Of a DNA stretch of 55,434 bases, positions 35,761 through 44,970 are shown one piece after another. Position 1 is the first letter of the stretch; the number at the start of each line of letters is the position of its first letter. Source of the DNA: a virus (taxonomy: Duplodnaviria > Caudoviricetes). Location: positions 1-55,434 of IMG/VR virus record IMGVR_UViG_3300025769_000146. The stretch is one strand, 5' to 3'. The notes beneath the pieces are model-generated. The model saw only the letters and a program-made list of their open reading frames with translations, did no database searches and had not been told where the DNA came from. A program made the position numbers and the translations under genes.

Positions 35761-35936
35761 TCGTGCCTTACCCGCGCCGACCCGCCGTGCCTCCCCACCC
35801 CTTTTAGGGGTTGGGTAAGGCGGCACGGTAGGGCTGGAAAACTGCGGCACCCGCATAGGCATTGGGGTGGCACGGTATCGGCACGGTTGCGCGGCACGGT
35901 ATCGCCAGAACAGTCCGGCACGGTTGGCGGCACGGT
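35761..35936. repeat. Iteron-like cluster GGCACGGT with central palindrome
   Basis: Six exact GGCACGGT copies (35822, 35869, 35880, 35893, 35917, 35929), inverted CGTGCC copies at the left, and ACCCCTTTTAGGGGT near-palindrome. Confidence 0.75.
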
Positions 35937-36439
35937 CAGACATGGTCGGTGCCTCCCTAAGAAGCCAATCGTAATACGCGGCAGTGGCGTCTTTTGGTCT
36001 AGCACCTCAGACATCAACTCACTCACAGGAACGACCTCTTGGCTTACATATCGACCTTAAAGGAAAGAGCCCCGTAACCGGTTGCAGCCGGCTACGAGGC
36101 CCTTTCGATGCGCCCAACGTCGAAGTCACAAGGCCCTCGACACTGTCAGGTGAGTCCTTCAAGCGCGTGAGGATCGTAATGGGTGGCTTGGCATTTCGCA
36201 AGAGCAGATCCCCCTATACCAAAACCTCTCTGCCCCGACAACCAATGGGAGGCGGCAATTCACGCCGGAACAGAGAGGTATCTGGTAGGGTGACGACGCA
36301 CAATTTGCGGGAGTGGGACGCCACGCAGGAAACCTCATAGCAAAGACGGTCGCCGTCAACCCCGCAAGATTTTGATAGGCCCTGTCTATAGTGCTCTTGA
36401 CAAGTCTTCGATTTCCGTTTACCCTCCGGTGCCACCGGG

Positions 36440-36660
36440 GAGTAACTAGATACTCTTTACTCTCTAGTGTGTTGACTATGACTATGTCGTTCGTACCGTG
36501 AATCACTAGAGGTTCTTACTGAGTGGTCGTGAATCACTACCCACTTATGAGAATGTCTGACTTACTAGATAGAAACACACATGAGTAGTGAATCATTAGA
36601 GAGGTCGTGATTCACTTTTCTGTTTTGTTTTTTTTCTTTTCTTCTAGTATAGACAGTATA
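36440..36660. repeat. AT-rich block with GTGAWTCAY palindromic repeats and T tract
   Basis: Copies at 36498, 36529, 36588 and 36607; several CTAGA/TCTAG; long T run at ~36616-36642. Confidence 0.65.
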
Positions 36661-36672
36661 AAGGGTCACGGT

Positions 36673-36915
36673 ATGCTCTATCGCACTGCCCACCAGATGA
36701 TCAAGGTGTCCCGTGCCAGCGAAGACCGGGAACTTGAGCTTTTGTTGAATATGCTGCGGATGGGGTGGCGTATCACCAACGTCATTTCACTGCCTACCAA
36801 CAAGACCGCTGTCTACTTTCGTCGTCGGGTTTGGTGTCGGCCCATTAGGTTTTTGCTACGAGCATCCGTAGTTTTGTCGAGCCGGAAACGCTCCTACGCA
36901 GTGAAGCGTGGGTAG
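36673..36915 (+). CDS. Small basic hypothetical protein
   Basis: ATG at 36673 after AAGGG. Confidence 0.5.
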   Translation: MLYRTAHQMIKVSRASEDRELELLLNMLRMGWRITNVISLPTNKTAVYFRRRVWCRPIRFLLRASVVLSSRKRSYAVKRG

Positions 36916-36996
36916 TTAGCGTTTCGCTTTTAGGGTGTCGCGTAGTACAATCTGAAGTTGACGACCGGGACACCCCGAAACCCCTATTGTCACCCC

Positions 36997-38640
36997 ATGG
37001 CAATACGCGACACAATCACAGAGATCTCCAAGCGCCTTTTTGGCTCACTTGGGGATGCGACGATGGATGGTGGATTCGATGTCGTTCGTAAAGTCATCGA
37101 TGACACCGCATCCGAACGCGACGAGATCCAGAAGCTCCGCGACTATTACGACGGATACCAGATCCGTGGTCGCGGACTCCAGAAGGGCAAGAAGTACATC
37201 AGCCTCTGGCCTGGCGAAGACGACACAGATCTCGACACCCGTGCTGACCGCATGGAGCAGATCTCCTGGAACCGCATTCGTGACGGCGTTAACACCCACG
37301 CAGACGCTCTTTATGCTTGGGGTAAAGGACGCGCAGTCAGTCGCGACATTATCTGGGATGACGCAGAGGTAGACTCAGAAGAAGATCGCTTTTGGTGGGA
37401 AGAGTTCTACCGGAAGCGGTTCCTGGAGTTCAACAACTTCCCTCGTCTCGCTTGGGAGGTTTGGAATAAGGCAGGGGCGGAGCGCCATTGCTTAGGTATG
37501 CTCCGCTGGATGGACGGCTCGTCTCGACGGCTCGAAAGGTTCAACAGAGACGCACTAGACCGTTCCGTTCATCGTGAGCGTGGAGTTGTGTGGGTCGAGA
37601 TGCTTGACCCGCTTCACTATGTCGCCCTCCCACACCCCGACCAGACGTCCACCCTTGGCGCGGTCATTCGCTGGTATCTAGATCCTGAGCACGAATGGGG
37701 TCGCCAGATCTCCGGCAACCTTGTGCCCACGCCTGGTCACGACAACACAATCACAGAGCTTGTGACGGATCGCCTATGGCTCCGTTGGAAAGGTCGTGTC
37801 CTCACCCCACATCAGTGGGGTATGACGAACCGTTACGGTGACGTTCGGACACTGTTTGTTCTGGCGAAGAACCCCGGCATGGTCGCCGACTCAGAGGACG
37901 CTCTGAAAGCGCAAACCACGCTCAACGAACATCTGTATTCGGGAAGCGAGATCAAGCGCCAACACGCCTTCCCAGAGACGCTGTATCGTGGCTACGAGCC
38001 ACCCATGCGCGAAGACGCCAACGGCAACAAAGTGCTCGACCGTGGTCCGAACATCGCGCACGTTGCCGCCGACGCTTCCGCTGACATCGTGAAGGCTTCA
38101 CCACGCACAGGTCTTCAGGATCTTGGTATGGCGGAAGCCTCCATCCACCAGATGCTGGATGACGCGCTGGGTATCTCTCAGTTTGATCGCGGAGAAACCG
38201 AAGGCATGGGCCAGATGCGGTCTGCCCCAGCGATTGCGCGAATGCAAGCTCGCTCGGAGCGCCGTCGTCGCCGCAAGATTATGTATGCCCACGAATGGGA
38301 ACAGGATGTGTTCCGCAGCTTCGTGGACATGACGCTCTATCATGCTTTTGCGGAAAATGAACGTCAGGCGTATCGCGATTTGGGCCTCCGTGTAACGTGG
38401 CCCGACGATGCCTTTATGATGGACCCGTCCACGGAAGCAATGAAGGACGCGCTCGAGATTCAGGCGGGCATGGATACGCGAGAAAACAAATTGAGGAAGC
38501 GTCACCCCGACGCATCTGACGAGCAGATCGAAGAGATGCTTGAGGACATCGAAATGTCTTCAGTTGACTCGGATGTTTCTGAGTCTCAAGATGTGGCGAT
38601 GACCACGCCCACGGAGCAGTCAAATCTCCAAGGGCAATAA
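36997..38640 (+). CDS. Portal protein (SPP1 gp6-like)
   Basis: LRDYYDG near the N-terminus, VTWPD, acidic tail; size and position between terL and scaffold. Confidence 0.85.
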   Translation: MAIRDTITEISKRLFGSLGDATMDGGFDVVRKVIDDTASERDEIQKLRDYYDGYQIRGRGLQKGKKYISLWPGEDDTDLDTRADRMEQISWNRIRDGVNTHADALYAWGKGRAVSRDIIWDDAEVDSEEDRFWWEEFYRKRFLEFNNFPRLAWEVWNKAGAERHCLGMLRWMDGSSRRLERFNRDALDRSVHRERGVVWVEMLDPLHYVALPHPDQTSTLGAVIRWYLDPEHEWGRQISGNLVPTPGHDNTITELVTDRLWLRWKGRVLTPHQWGMTNRYGDVRTLFVLAKNPGMVADSEDALKAQTTLNEHLYSGSEIKRQHAFPETLYRGYEPPMREDANGNKVLDRGPNIAHVAADASADIVKASPRTGLQDLGMAEASIHQMLDDALGISQFDRGETEGMGQMRSAPAIARMQARSERRRRRKIMYAHEWEQDVFRSFVDMTLYHAFAENERQAYRDLGLRVTWPDDAFMMDPSTEAMKDALEIQAGMDTRENKLRKRHPDASDEQIEEMLEDIEMSSVDSDVSESQDVAMTTPTEQSNLQGQ

Positions 38641-38655
38641 ACGAGGAATGTGATT

Positions 38656-39291
38656 ATGGAAGAGACGGCGAGCCCTGGCGGCGAATCCGTCACCCCTGAA
38701 CCCAACGACGGGGGCCAGCCTCTTGAGGAGGCGGGCAATTCGTTGGAGAAGAAGGATGCGGCTGAACTGGTTAGCATCATCCGAAGCCTGAGAAGTGAAT
38801 CGGCCAACTATCGGACGCGGGCTAAGACCGCTGAAGACTCTCTGGCCTCCCTTACGACTCAGTCAGAGGAGTTGTCTGCAAGGCTGACCGAACTGGAGTC
38901 GCAGAACAAGACGGCTGAAGAGAAGGAAGCGGAGCGCATCGCCGCCCTGGAGGCGCGAGCAGCTTCAATTTCGGCTCTGGAGCCGTACCTCGAGCACGTC
39001 AAATCTCAGTACGAGGCTGGGGTAGCAGAAATTGACGGACTCAAGGACGACGAGCAGAAGAGTCGGATCAAAGACCTCATGGAATCGTTCCCAGAGAATG
39101 ATTACTTGGGTCGCCTACGGGCAATCCGTGCTCTTCAGGTCGTACAGAGCAACACACGGCAGTTGGAGCCTGGTGATGAGGGTAATCCCGCAGAGCCAGG
39201 GGGAGGGGCCAGCGAAAAGAGCATCGCCGATATGCTTGGCTGGTCCGCAGATGGACTCAGAGAAGCAAGGTTGGCGGGGCTCATCAAGTAA
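38656..39291 (+). CDS. Capsid scaffolding protein
   Basis: Acidic coiled coil with LRSESANYRT; lies between portal and capsid. Confidence 0.8.
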   Translation: MEETASPGGESVTPEPNDGGQPLEEAGNSLEKKDAAELVSIIRSLRSESANYRTRAKTAEDSLASLTTQSEELSARLTELESQNKTAEEKEAERIAALEARAASISALEPYLEHVKSQYEAGVAEIDGLKDDEQKSRIKDLMESFPENDYLGRLRAIRALQVVQSNTRQLEPGDEGNPAEPGGGASEKSIADMLGWSADGLREARLAGLIK

Positions 39292-39316
39292 ACCCCCGTC
39301 GTAGGAGCCACTAATC

Positions 39317-39742
39317 ATGGCTGATCTTGCCGTCACCACTGCGGCGTTCCGGCTTGTTCGGAGCGACCCAGAGGATGAGCGGACGTTTGACGCCGCATCG
39401 GGTTATACCCCGGCGCTTGGCGATCTCGTCGCTCTCAGTGGTGCGGGTGAGGTTGATCAGTGCGATGCGACCGACGCCAACTCTCTCGTAGAGCCTGTTG
39501 GTGTTGTCGCCGCCATTCAGTCCATCCGTACCGCCGCCGGAGCCGCAGGATACAAGGTGTCCTGTGCCCGTCGTTGTCTCGCAGAAGGCTTCACAGGCCA
39601 GACTGCGGGCACCGTTCTCTACAACTCGACCACTCCTGGCGCAGTTGCCGACGCAGACCCCACCACGACCGGCGTGACCGGCAAGGCTGTGGGTTACGTC
39701 CATTCTGCGACTCAGGTCGAGTTCATTCTCCCCTCCCTCTAG
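39317..39742 (+). CDS. Capsid cement/decoration protein
   Basis: A/G/T-rich; GDLVAL...VGVVAA...VGYVHS pattern; before the MCP. Confidence 0.7.
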   Translation: MADLAVTTAAFRLVRSDPEDERTFDAASGYTPALGDLVALSGAGEVDQCDATDANSLVEPVGVVAAIQSIRTAAGAAGYKVSCARRCLAEGFTGQTAGTVLYNSTTPGAVADADPTTTGVTGKAVGYVHSATQVEFILPSL

Positions 39743-39762
39743 CCGCTTAAAGGAGCCATCCA

Positions 39763-40884
39763 ATGGCTGATGCAACGTATGGCGGCTACCTGTCAGCAGA
39801 TTTTGAACTGCTGGGGGGAGTCGTCGATGGAATGGATATCGAGGATCTTAGTCAGGAAGAACTGGCGACGTTCCTTGATATGCGGATGATGGCGCGTAAC
39901 AATGCCATCAATCTCATCCTGGGAGAGCTTTCTCTTCCGACCACGGCGCGTGGTGCCCTGCTTGGTCAGGAATCCGCGATGCCGGATTGGTCACCTGGAA
40001 CCGAACTGTCGCGTGGTCAGAGGGTCAAAACCTCTGGTCTGGATGCGGTCGGTTTCCCTGTCACGAAGTTCGGGCCGGTTCGCTCCGGTTGGACCCGTGA
40101 CTATGTCGCCAAGGCGACGAATCGTGAGATCGTCCGTCATATGGACTCTGTTATGCAGGCCCATATGCAGACGAACTGGAAGGAGGCGCTCCGCGCAATC
40201 TTCAACAACGTCGAGTGGACCTGGACCCACGATATGTTCCCAGAAGATGGGAGCCTCAAGGTCAAGCCTCTCCTCAACGCTGACGGGTACGTCTCTCCTG
40301 AGTGGATGAGCTACTCGTTCGACGGAACCGAAAACCACTACCTCGCGCTCGGCGCAGGTACGCTTGACGAAGCTGATCTCCAGACGATGGCTGATGAGCT
40401 TCGCAAGCACGGTTACGGTGTCTCGAGCGCCGCTGGTGGTATGGGTGGTCGGCTTGAGATCTGGATCAACTCGGCGGAGGTCGCCGATGTTCAGGCGCAC
40501 ACGAACTTCGTGGCGTCCAACGATCCCATCGTCGTGGATATGAACAAAATCGCCGTCGCCCTCGACCAGGATACCCACATCGGATACAACAGCGCAGCCC
40601 GCTGCTACATCCGTCAGGTGGATTACATCCCGGCAGGGTACGCGATGATGTTCGCCACCAACTCCGATCCGAACGGTCAGCAAATCGCTCGGGTCAACTC
40701 GTTTGCACCGCTTCGTCGTCGCATTCCGACGACTCCGTCCCTCCAAGGGATTCAGCGGATCAACGAGTCGCAGTACCCCCTCCAGGAATCCTTCTGGGAG
40801 GATTGGTTCGGCTTCGGCACCTACGCGCGTGGGTCTGCCATTGTCGGCCAGTTGGCGGGTGCTTACAGCATTCCGACCATCTAA
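39763..40884 (+). CDS. Major capsid protein
   Basis: 373 aa, strong RBS and codon bias, canonical position. Confidence 0.8.
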   Translation: MADATYGGYLSADFELLGGVVDGMDIEDLSQEELATFLDMRMMARNNAINLILGELSLPTTARGALLGQESAMPDWSPGTELSRGQRVKTSGLDAVGFPVTKFGPVRSGWTRDYVAKATNREIVRHMDSVMQAHMQTNWKEALRAIFNNVEWTWTHDMFPEDGSLKVKPLLNADGYVSPEWMSYSFDGTENHYLALGAGTLDEADLQTMADELRKHGYGVSSAAGGMGGRLEIWINSAEVADVQAHTNFVASNDPIVVDMNKIAVALDQDTHIGYNSAARCYIRQVDYIPAGYAMMFATNSDPNGQQIARVNSFAPLRRRIPTTPSLQGIQRINESQYPLQESFWEDWFGFGTYARGSAIVGQLAGAYSIPTI

Positions 40885-40952
40885 GTCAGGTGCGGGTGGG
40901 GGGCCTAGTGCCCCCCGCCCAACCCTCTCTCTAACCAACACGAGGTTTTCAA

Positions 40953-41204
40953 ATGGCAAAGCTGAACTTTGCCCAGCGGTTCTCCGCAGATAAGCAGTTT
41001 CGCGCAGCGGTGGAAAAGATCCACCTTGAAGCAGTGTTGGAGTCGGCTGGCATCGACCCAGAAACACTGAACGCCATGTATGAAGCGGGAGTGCGTCCCC
41101 TGACGCTGTCCGCATACAAGGAACACGCGAAGCCGAAAGCCCCTGCTGCTCCGAAGAAAAAGGCAGCACCCAAGAAGAAATCTTCGGAACCCAAGGCTGA
41201 CTAA
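40953..41204 (+). CDS. Small protein with K/P/A-rich tail
   Basis: GAGG RBS; KPKAPAAPKKKAAPKKK. Confidence 0.65.
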   Translation: MAKLNFAQRFSADKQFRAAVEKIHLEAVLESAGIDPETLNAMYEAGVRPLTLSAYKEHAKPKAPAAPKKKAAPKKKSSEPKAD

Positions 41205-41623
41205 TGCCATTTACGTCCTATGCCGTTCGTGCTGATGTAGATCTCTACATCCCCAACCTGACCCACGAATTGTGGTCAGGTGACGGCTCAGACGTAGATG
41301 CAAGTCTCACCAGGGCGGCGCGACAGATCAACGAGTTCCTGAGAGGACTTGGGCGTGTCGCGAATGACGAGATTCCGGTGGGATTGGAGGCTGACGGGTC
41401 TTACCCAGAAGTGCTCATCGAACTCAACGTCTACTTGGCGGTCTGGCAAGTTGTCACGGGCACGATGGCTGGTGAAGCGTTTGAGGACCACTGGTCTTGG
41501 GTTGCCGCCAAGGTGCGCGACCTGAAACGTGGTATCCGTGAGGGTGAATACTCGTTTTCCGCGCTCACTCAGGATATCGGTTCCGCCTCATCTGTTGTCA
41601 GCTTGAGTAGGAACTCTGTCTAA
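41204..41623 (+). CDS. Head-tail connector / adaptor
   Basis: YAVRADV...LTRAARQINEFL pattern; position. Confidence 0.7.
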   Translation: MPFTSYAVRADVDLYIPNLTHELWSGDGSDVDASLTRAARQINEFLRGLGRVANDEIPVGLEADGSYPEVLIELNVYLAVWQVVTGTMAGEAFEDHWSWVAAKVRDLKRGIREGEYSFSALTQDIGSASSVVSLSRNSV

Positions 41624-42096
41624 TGCCGATTGGTGACGTGAATCTGCGCGAGCTTGCGGACGCAGTCGTTGATCGCATCAAGGACAACACCACCGTGTTT
41701 GATGATGTACTCATCATGGACGGTGACCCCGACGACATCCAAGCCCTCTCCAAGAACATGGGGCGGAAGAAACGTGTGTGTCGGGTCAGTTACGATCCTG
41801 TGTCGGCAGTCTCTGTGGAGGCTAATCTCGGCAGGAACGTGACCTATACATATCGTTTGATCGTCACGACCCTCGTCTCTACTTTAGGCTCTGCTAGGAC
41901 GCGGTTGGGTGATGGTGTCACCGACAATGTCACCACCTCAGTGAAGGCAGCGATGAGTGCGCTAGAAGGCGAAACTCTGAGCTTGCTGAACTCGGGAGCA
42001 CTCCAATGCGGCTCGGCACGATACCTGAAGTCTGGGGACTCACTACAAGCCATGCAGTTTCAAATCACAGGCTCATCGCGAGAAGCTAGGAGCTAA
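41623..42096 (+). CDS. Putative tail terminator
   Basis: LRELADAVVDRIK N-terminus; directly before the tail tube. Confidence 0.55.
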   Translation: MPIGDVNLRELADAVVDRIKDNTTVFDDVLIMDGDPDDIQALSKNMGRKKRVCRVSYDPVSAVSVEANLGRNVTYTYRLIVTTLVSTLGSARTRLGDGVTDNVTTSVKAAMSALEGETLSLLNSGALQCGSARYLKSGDSLQAMQFQITGSSREARS

Positions 42097-42101
42097 GAGC
42101 A

Positions 42102-43334
42102 ATGCCAGCAGGATACGAATCCGGTCTTCGGGTAGTCGAACACTACCTCGGACGCGCCAACGCGACGAAACAGCCTCGCGGTGTGTTCCCGTCAATTACT
42201 TCTGCGCCCACAATTACTGCTGGTCGTAATATTCGGGTGCGGGACGGCGTCCTGACGGGCATCGCCGCAATCCCCGAATCTGCTGTCTCAGTTCATGGTG
42301 TGCGCCCCACCTTCAGCGTGCAGTTCGACGGCATCCCAGAGGATCTGCCCCCGTTCTTAGGTGCGTTCTTCCATAATGTGCAAGTCACGAACCCACCAAC
42401 CGCTCCGGTGCCGTCACCGTTTCGGGTGACATCAACATTCAAATATGGAATGTTGGATTCTCGTCCCGACCATACGGGTGTCGTCATGGGGGACTACGAT
42501 CCTGCTGCGGTGGCCTACAGTGACCTAGTCGCGATTGCTGACCTTTACACGATTGGTCTGGAGTGGTTGTACGGGCGCGGTGATCTCGGTGACACCAGCA
42601 ACGGGATTTCCATCGACAACTGTGTCGTGAATAGGCTGGCCTTTGAGTGTCAGAGAGGTGCAGACCAGGTTCTTCAGGTGACTGCGGAAGGGTTCGGTCG
42701 CGCTGCTAATGAAATTGAGGACTATGCGGCAGCGTCTTGGGGGCCAGGGGTAAATGGCACCTTGAGCACTCAAGCCGTTCTTTCCCCAGAAGATTTCACG
42801 TTTCAGTTGCTTGAAATCAACACAGTGGACAAGGCTGCGGTCTTTACTGATTGGATGGACTCCATTTCGGTAGAGATGACGAGTGGCATTTCCGGTCGTG
42901 ACAATCTCGGCAGTGACGTATTCGGGTCGATCCTGACAGACGGAAGACCACAGGCGAACTGCACTCTCGGGTTCTCCCACATCGATCCTAGCTTCTTGAC
43001 CGCAATGGTAAACAACCAAGCCATTGAGGTGACTGCCCGATTCTCTGATGGCGCGGGGCAGATTCTCGACATCAAGTTCCCGAATCTGCGAGTGACAGAG
43101 GAATTCGCTCCGAATTCTGGTGATGCAAATACCGACATCGATGTGCAGGTGCCCATGGTCGCGGTGGTCAATCCAGACGCGGCTACAAAAGTGCCACTTG
43201 TCGAGGTTTCTCTGACGACTGAGTATGATGCTCGCCACTTCTCATACTGGGGGCAGAACACGATAAGCTCGCTCGGCGACCTCACCCCCGGTGAGACTCA
43301 GACTGGCTTTGCGACGGGCCGCATCTCTACTTGA
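42102..43334 (+). CDS. Major tail (tube) protein
   Basis: 410 aa beta-rich; NCVVNRLAFE and ILDIKFPNL; precedes chaperones and TMP. Confidence 0.7.
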   Translation: MPAGYESGLRVVEHYLGRANATKQPRGVFPSITSAPTITAGRNIRVRDGVLTGIAAIPESAVSVHGVRPTFSVQFDGIPEDLPPFLGAFFHNVQVTNPPTAPVPSPFRVTSTFKYGMLDSRPDHTGVVMGDYDPAAVAYSDLVAIADLYTIGLEWLYGRGDLGDTSNGISIDNCVVNRLAFECQRGADQVLQVTAEGFGRAANEIEDYAAASWGPGVNGTLSTQAVLSPEDFTFQLLEINTVDKAAVFTDWMDSISVEMTSGISGRDNLGSDVFGSILTDGRPQANCTLGFSHIDPSFLTAMVNNQAIEVTARFSDGAGQILDIKFPNLRVTEEFAPNSGDANTDIDVQVPMVAVVNPDAATKVPLVEVSLTTEYDARHFSYWGQNTISSLGDLTPGETQTGFATGRIST

Positions 43335-43347
43335 TAGGTAAACAGCG

Positions 43348-43533
43348 ATGAAGCGTGATAACGCAGATCTGGTCAGCCTTTGGGCGAAAAACGAAGTGGC
43401 TTGGGCACAAGAGCCGCGACAAGTGCATCTAAAGTACGGCGCTGCGGTTGAGGAAGCCCGTCAGGCTCTTGCCAAGAAGGAAGATAAGCCCAAGACTGAG
43501 GCGAAGCCTTCAAAGACGAAGGCGAAGAGCTAA
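43348..43533 (+). CDS. Small basic protein
   Basis: ORF within the tail operon. Confidence 0.5.
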   Translation: MKRDNADLVSLWAKNEVAWAQEPRQVHLKYGAAVEEARQALAKKEDKPKTEAKPSKTKAKS

Positions 43534-43559
43534 CATAGGCCATACGAGGGGGCCGAACG

Positions 43560-43934
43560 ATGCTACACATCTCCTTGGTGGATGATGAGATTCCACCGCT
43601 GTCAGTCGAGACGGAAGATGGGCTGACGCTGCGCTTTGAGTTTCACCCACGCCTGACCCGTGATGAGATGAGTTCCATCATGGTGCGGAACGGCGTCGGG
43701 AAGGACTCTGTCGAGGTGCCTAGCTTTCAGCGGATTGCGCGGAAGTGCATCAAGAAGGTCGAGGGCGTCCAAGTCACGACTAAGGACGGCAAAGAGTACG
43801 GACCTGTAATTGAAAAGGCGTCCGTGCTGGCTATGATCTTCAACGACACCCGTCTCCCACAGGATGTGGTGAACGCAGTTGTGTCCCATGTGCTTGATGC
43901 GAACCAACTCGGCGACGAAGAGGGAAACTCCTAG
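43560..43934 (+). CDS. Tail assembly chaperone (gpG-like)
   Basis: Position; ends in slippery G-GGA-AAC just before the stop. Confidence 0.75.
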   Translation: MLHISLVDDEIPPLSVETEDGLTLRFEFHPRLTRDEMSSIMVRNGVGKDSVEVPSFQRIARKCIKKVEGVQVTTKDGKEYGPVIEKASVLAMIFNDTRLPQDVVNAVVSHVLDANQLGDEEGNS

Positions 43935-44449
43935 CGTGGGCCGCGCTTAGTCACTTCCTCGCGATGGGCAGCGATAAGGACGGCTGCTCACATTGCCCGC
44001 TAGTCGATGACTCACAGAGGGAGAACAACTCCCTTTGTTTAGCCGCGTCCCCGTACCCGTTCACGCTTGTTGAAAAGAGTCTAAAGCTCGAGATCGAAAT
44101 CTCGAACGAAGGTGAGTTGGTTCATGGGTTCACCTCGTTCACTCAAGAAGTTTTCGCGTCTTTAGGCAAGCCTAACACCACGCTACATCCACGCGCATTC
44201 CTTCGCGCCACAGTGGATGGGCGACGGAAAGGGATTTGCCCGTATTCGTGGCCTACGCCACGTTGGGCGTCCTTGATGATCGAACAGATCCAGTTCGACA
44301 CTTCTGGAATGGCACCCCGGCTACTGTATAATGATAGACCGTGGTTAGCGCAGCCAGCGATCTACACCCAGGTCTTCGCGATTGTGAGTAGGGCGAAGAA
44401 GGTGGCAGACGATTGGCTTGAAATTCAGAAGAAGAGTGCGGGCAAATGA
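43922..44449 (+). CDS. Tail assembly chaperone -1 frameshift extension (gpT-like)
   Basis: The -1 frame is open from GGGAAAC (43922-43928) into the listed 43964..44449 ORF. Confidence 0.7.
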   Translation, partial: GKLLAWAALSHFLAMGSDKDGCSHCPLVDDSQRENNSLCLAASPYPFTLVEKSLKLEIEISNEGELVHGFTSFTQEVFASLGKPNTTLHPRAFLRATVDGRRKGICPYSWPTPRWASLMIEQIQFDTSGMAPRLLYNDRPWLAQPAIYTQVFAIVSRAKKVADDWLEIQKKSAGK

Positions 44450-44961
44450 GCATCAACAAGGTGATCAAGAATATCCACAAGATCGCAAAAGCTCATCAGC
44501 ACTATGGCGACCTACTAGATCGGTCGGCGGAAAGAATCGTCCGCGAAATCAAGGACAACTTTGATCGCGGTCAGAACGCCGGTCGGTATCGTGTCGCAGA
44601 TGCGGGATCTCGGGCCAATATGCCTATGGATCGACCAAGTAAGTACACGCTAGAGAGGAGGGAGAATCTTAGTGAGGCTCCCCTAAAGGACACTGGCGAA
44701 TTGTATCGGTCCATCTCTGTAGTGGGGCGTTCCAAGCTGGGTCGGCGTGTCGGTGCCAAGGGAGCGAAAAACAAGCGGAAACTCTACGCTCAGTTAGGCA
44801 CAGGGTATACTGGAGTGGTATCTTCCGATCTAGGCAGGGAGATCCCCCCTCGCAATCCCGTAGGGTTCAAGGAATCGACCTGGAGACAAGTGCGCGGTTC
44901 GTTTCTTTCCGCATACGGCGTAAACGACATCGCGACAGGCAAGATCAACATCGGGTTCTAG
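44446..44961 (+). CDS. Virion morphogenesis / tail completion protein (Mu gpG / P2 gpS-like)
   Basis: Basic; PLKDTGELYRSI...IPPRNPVG. Confidence 0.75.
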   Translation: MSINKVIKNIHKIAKAHQHYGDLLDRSAERIVREIKDNFDRGQNAGRYRVADAGSRANMPMDRPSKYTLERRENLSEAPLKDTGELYRSISVVGRSKLGRRVGAKGAKNKRKLYAQLGTGYTGVVSSDLGREIPPRNPVGFKESTWRQVRGSFLSAYGVNDIATGKINIGF

Positions 44962-44970
44962 GTCAAGCTG

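Noticed and set aside
35761-35936. CRISPR array
   Set aside because: Repeats are only 8 bp with irregular 3-39 bp gaps; no cas genes are visible.
35718-36506. Minus-strand ORFs (TVP-repeat ORF and neighbours) as real genes
   Set aside because: The TVP repeats are simply the translated DNA repeats; no RBS or recognisable domain. A decayed gene cannot be excluded.
39991-41169. 392-aa minus-strand ORF
   Set aside because: Antisense shadow of the strongly codon-biased capsid gene; no protein-like features.
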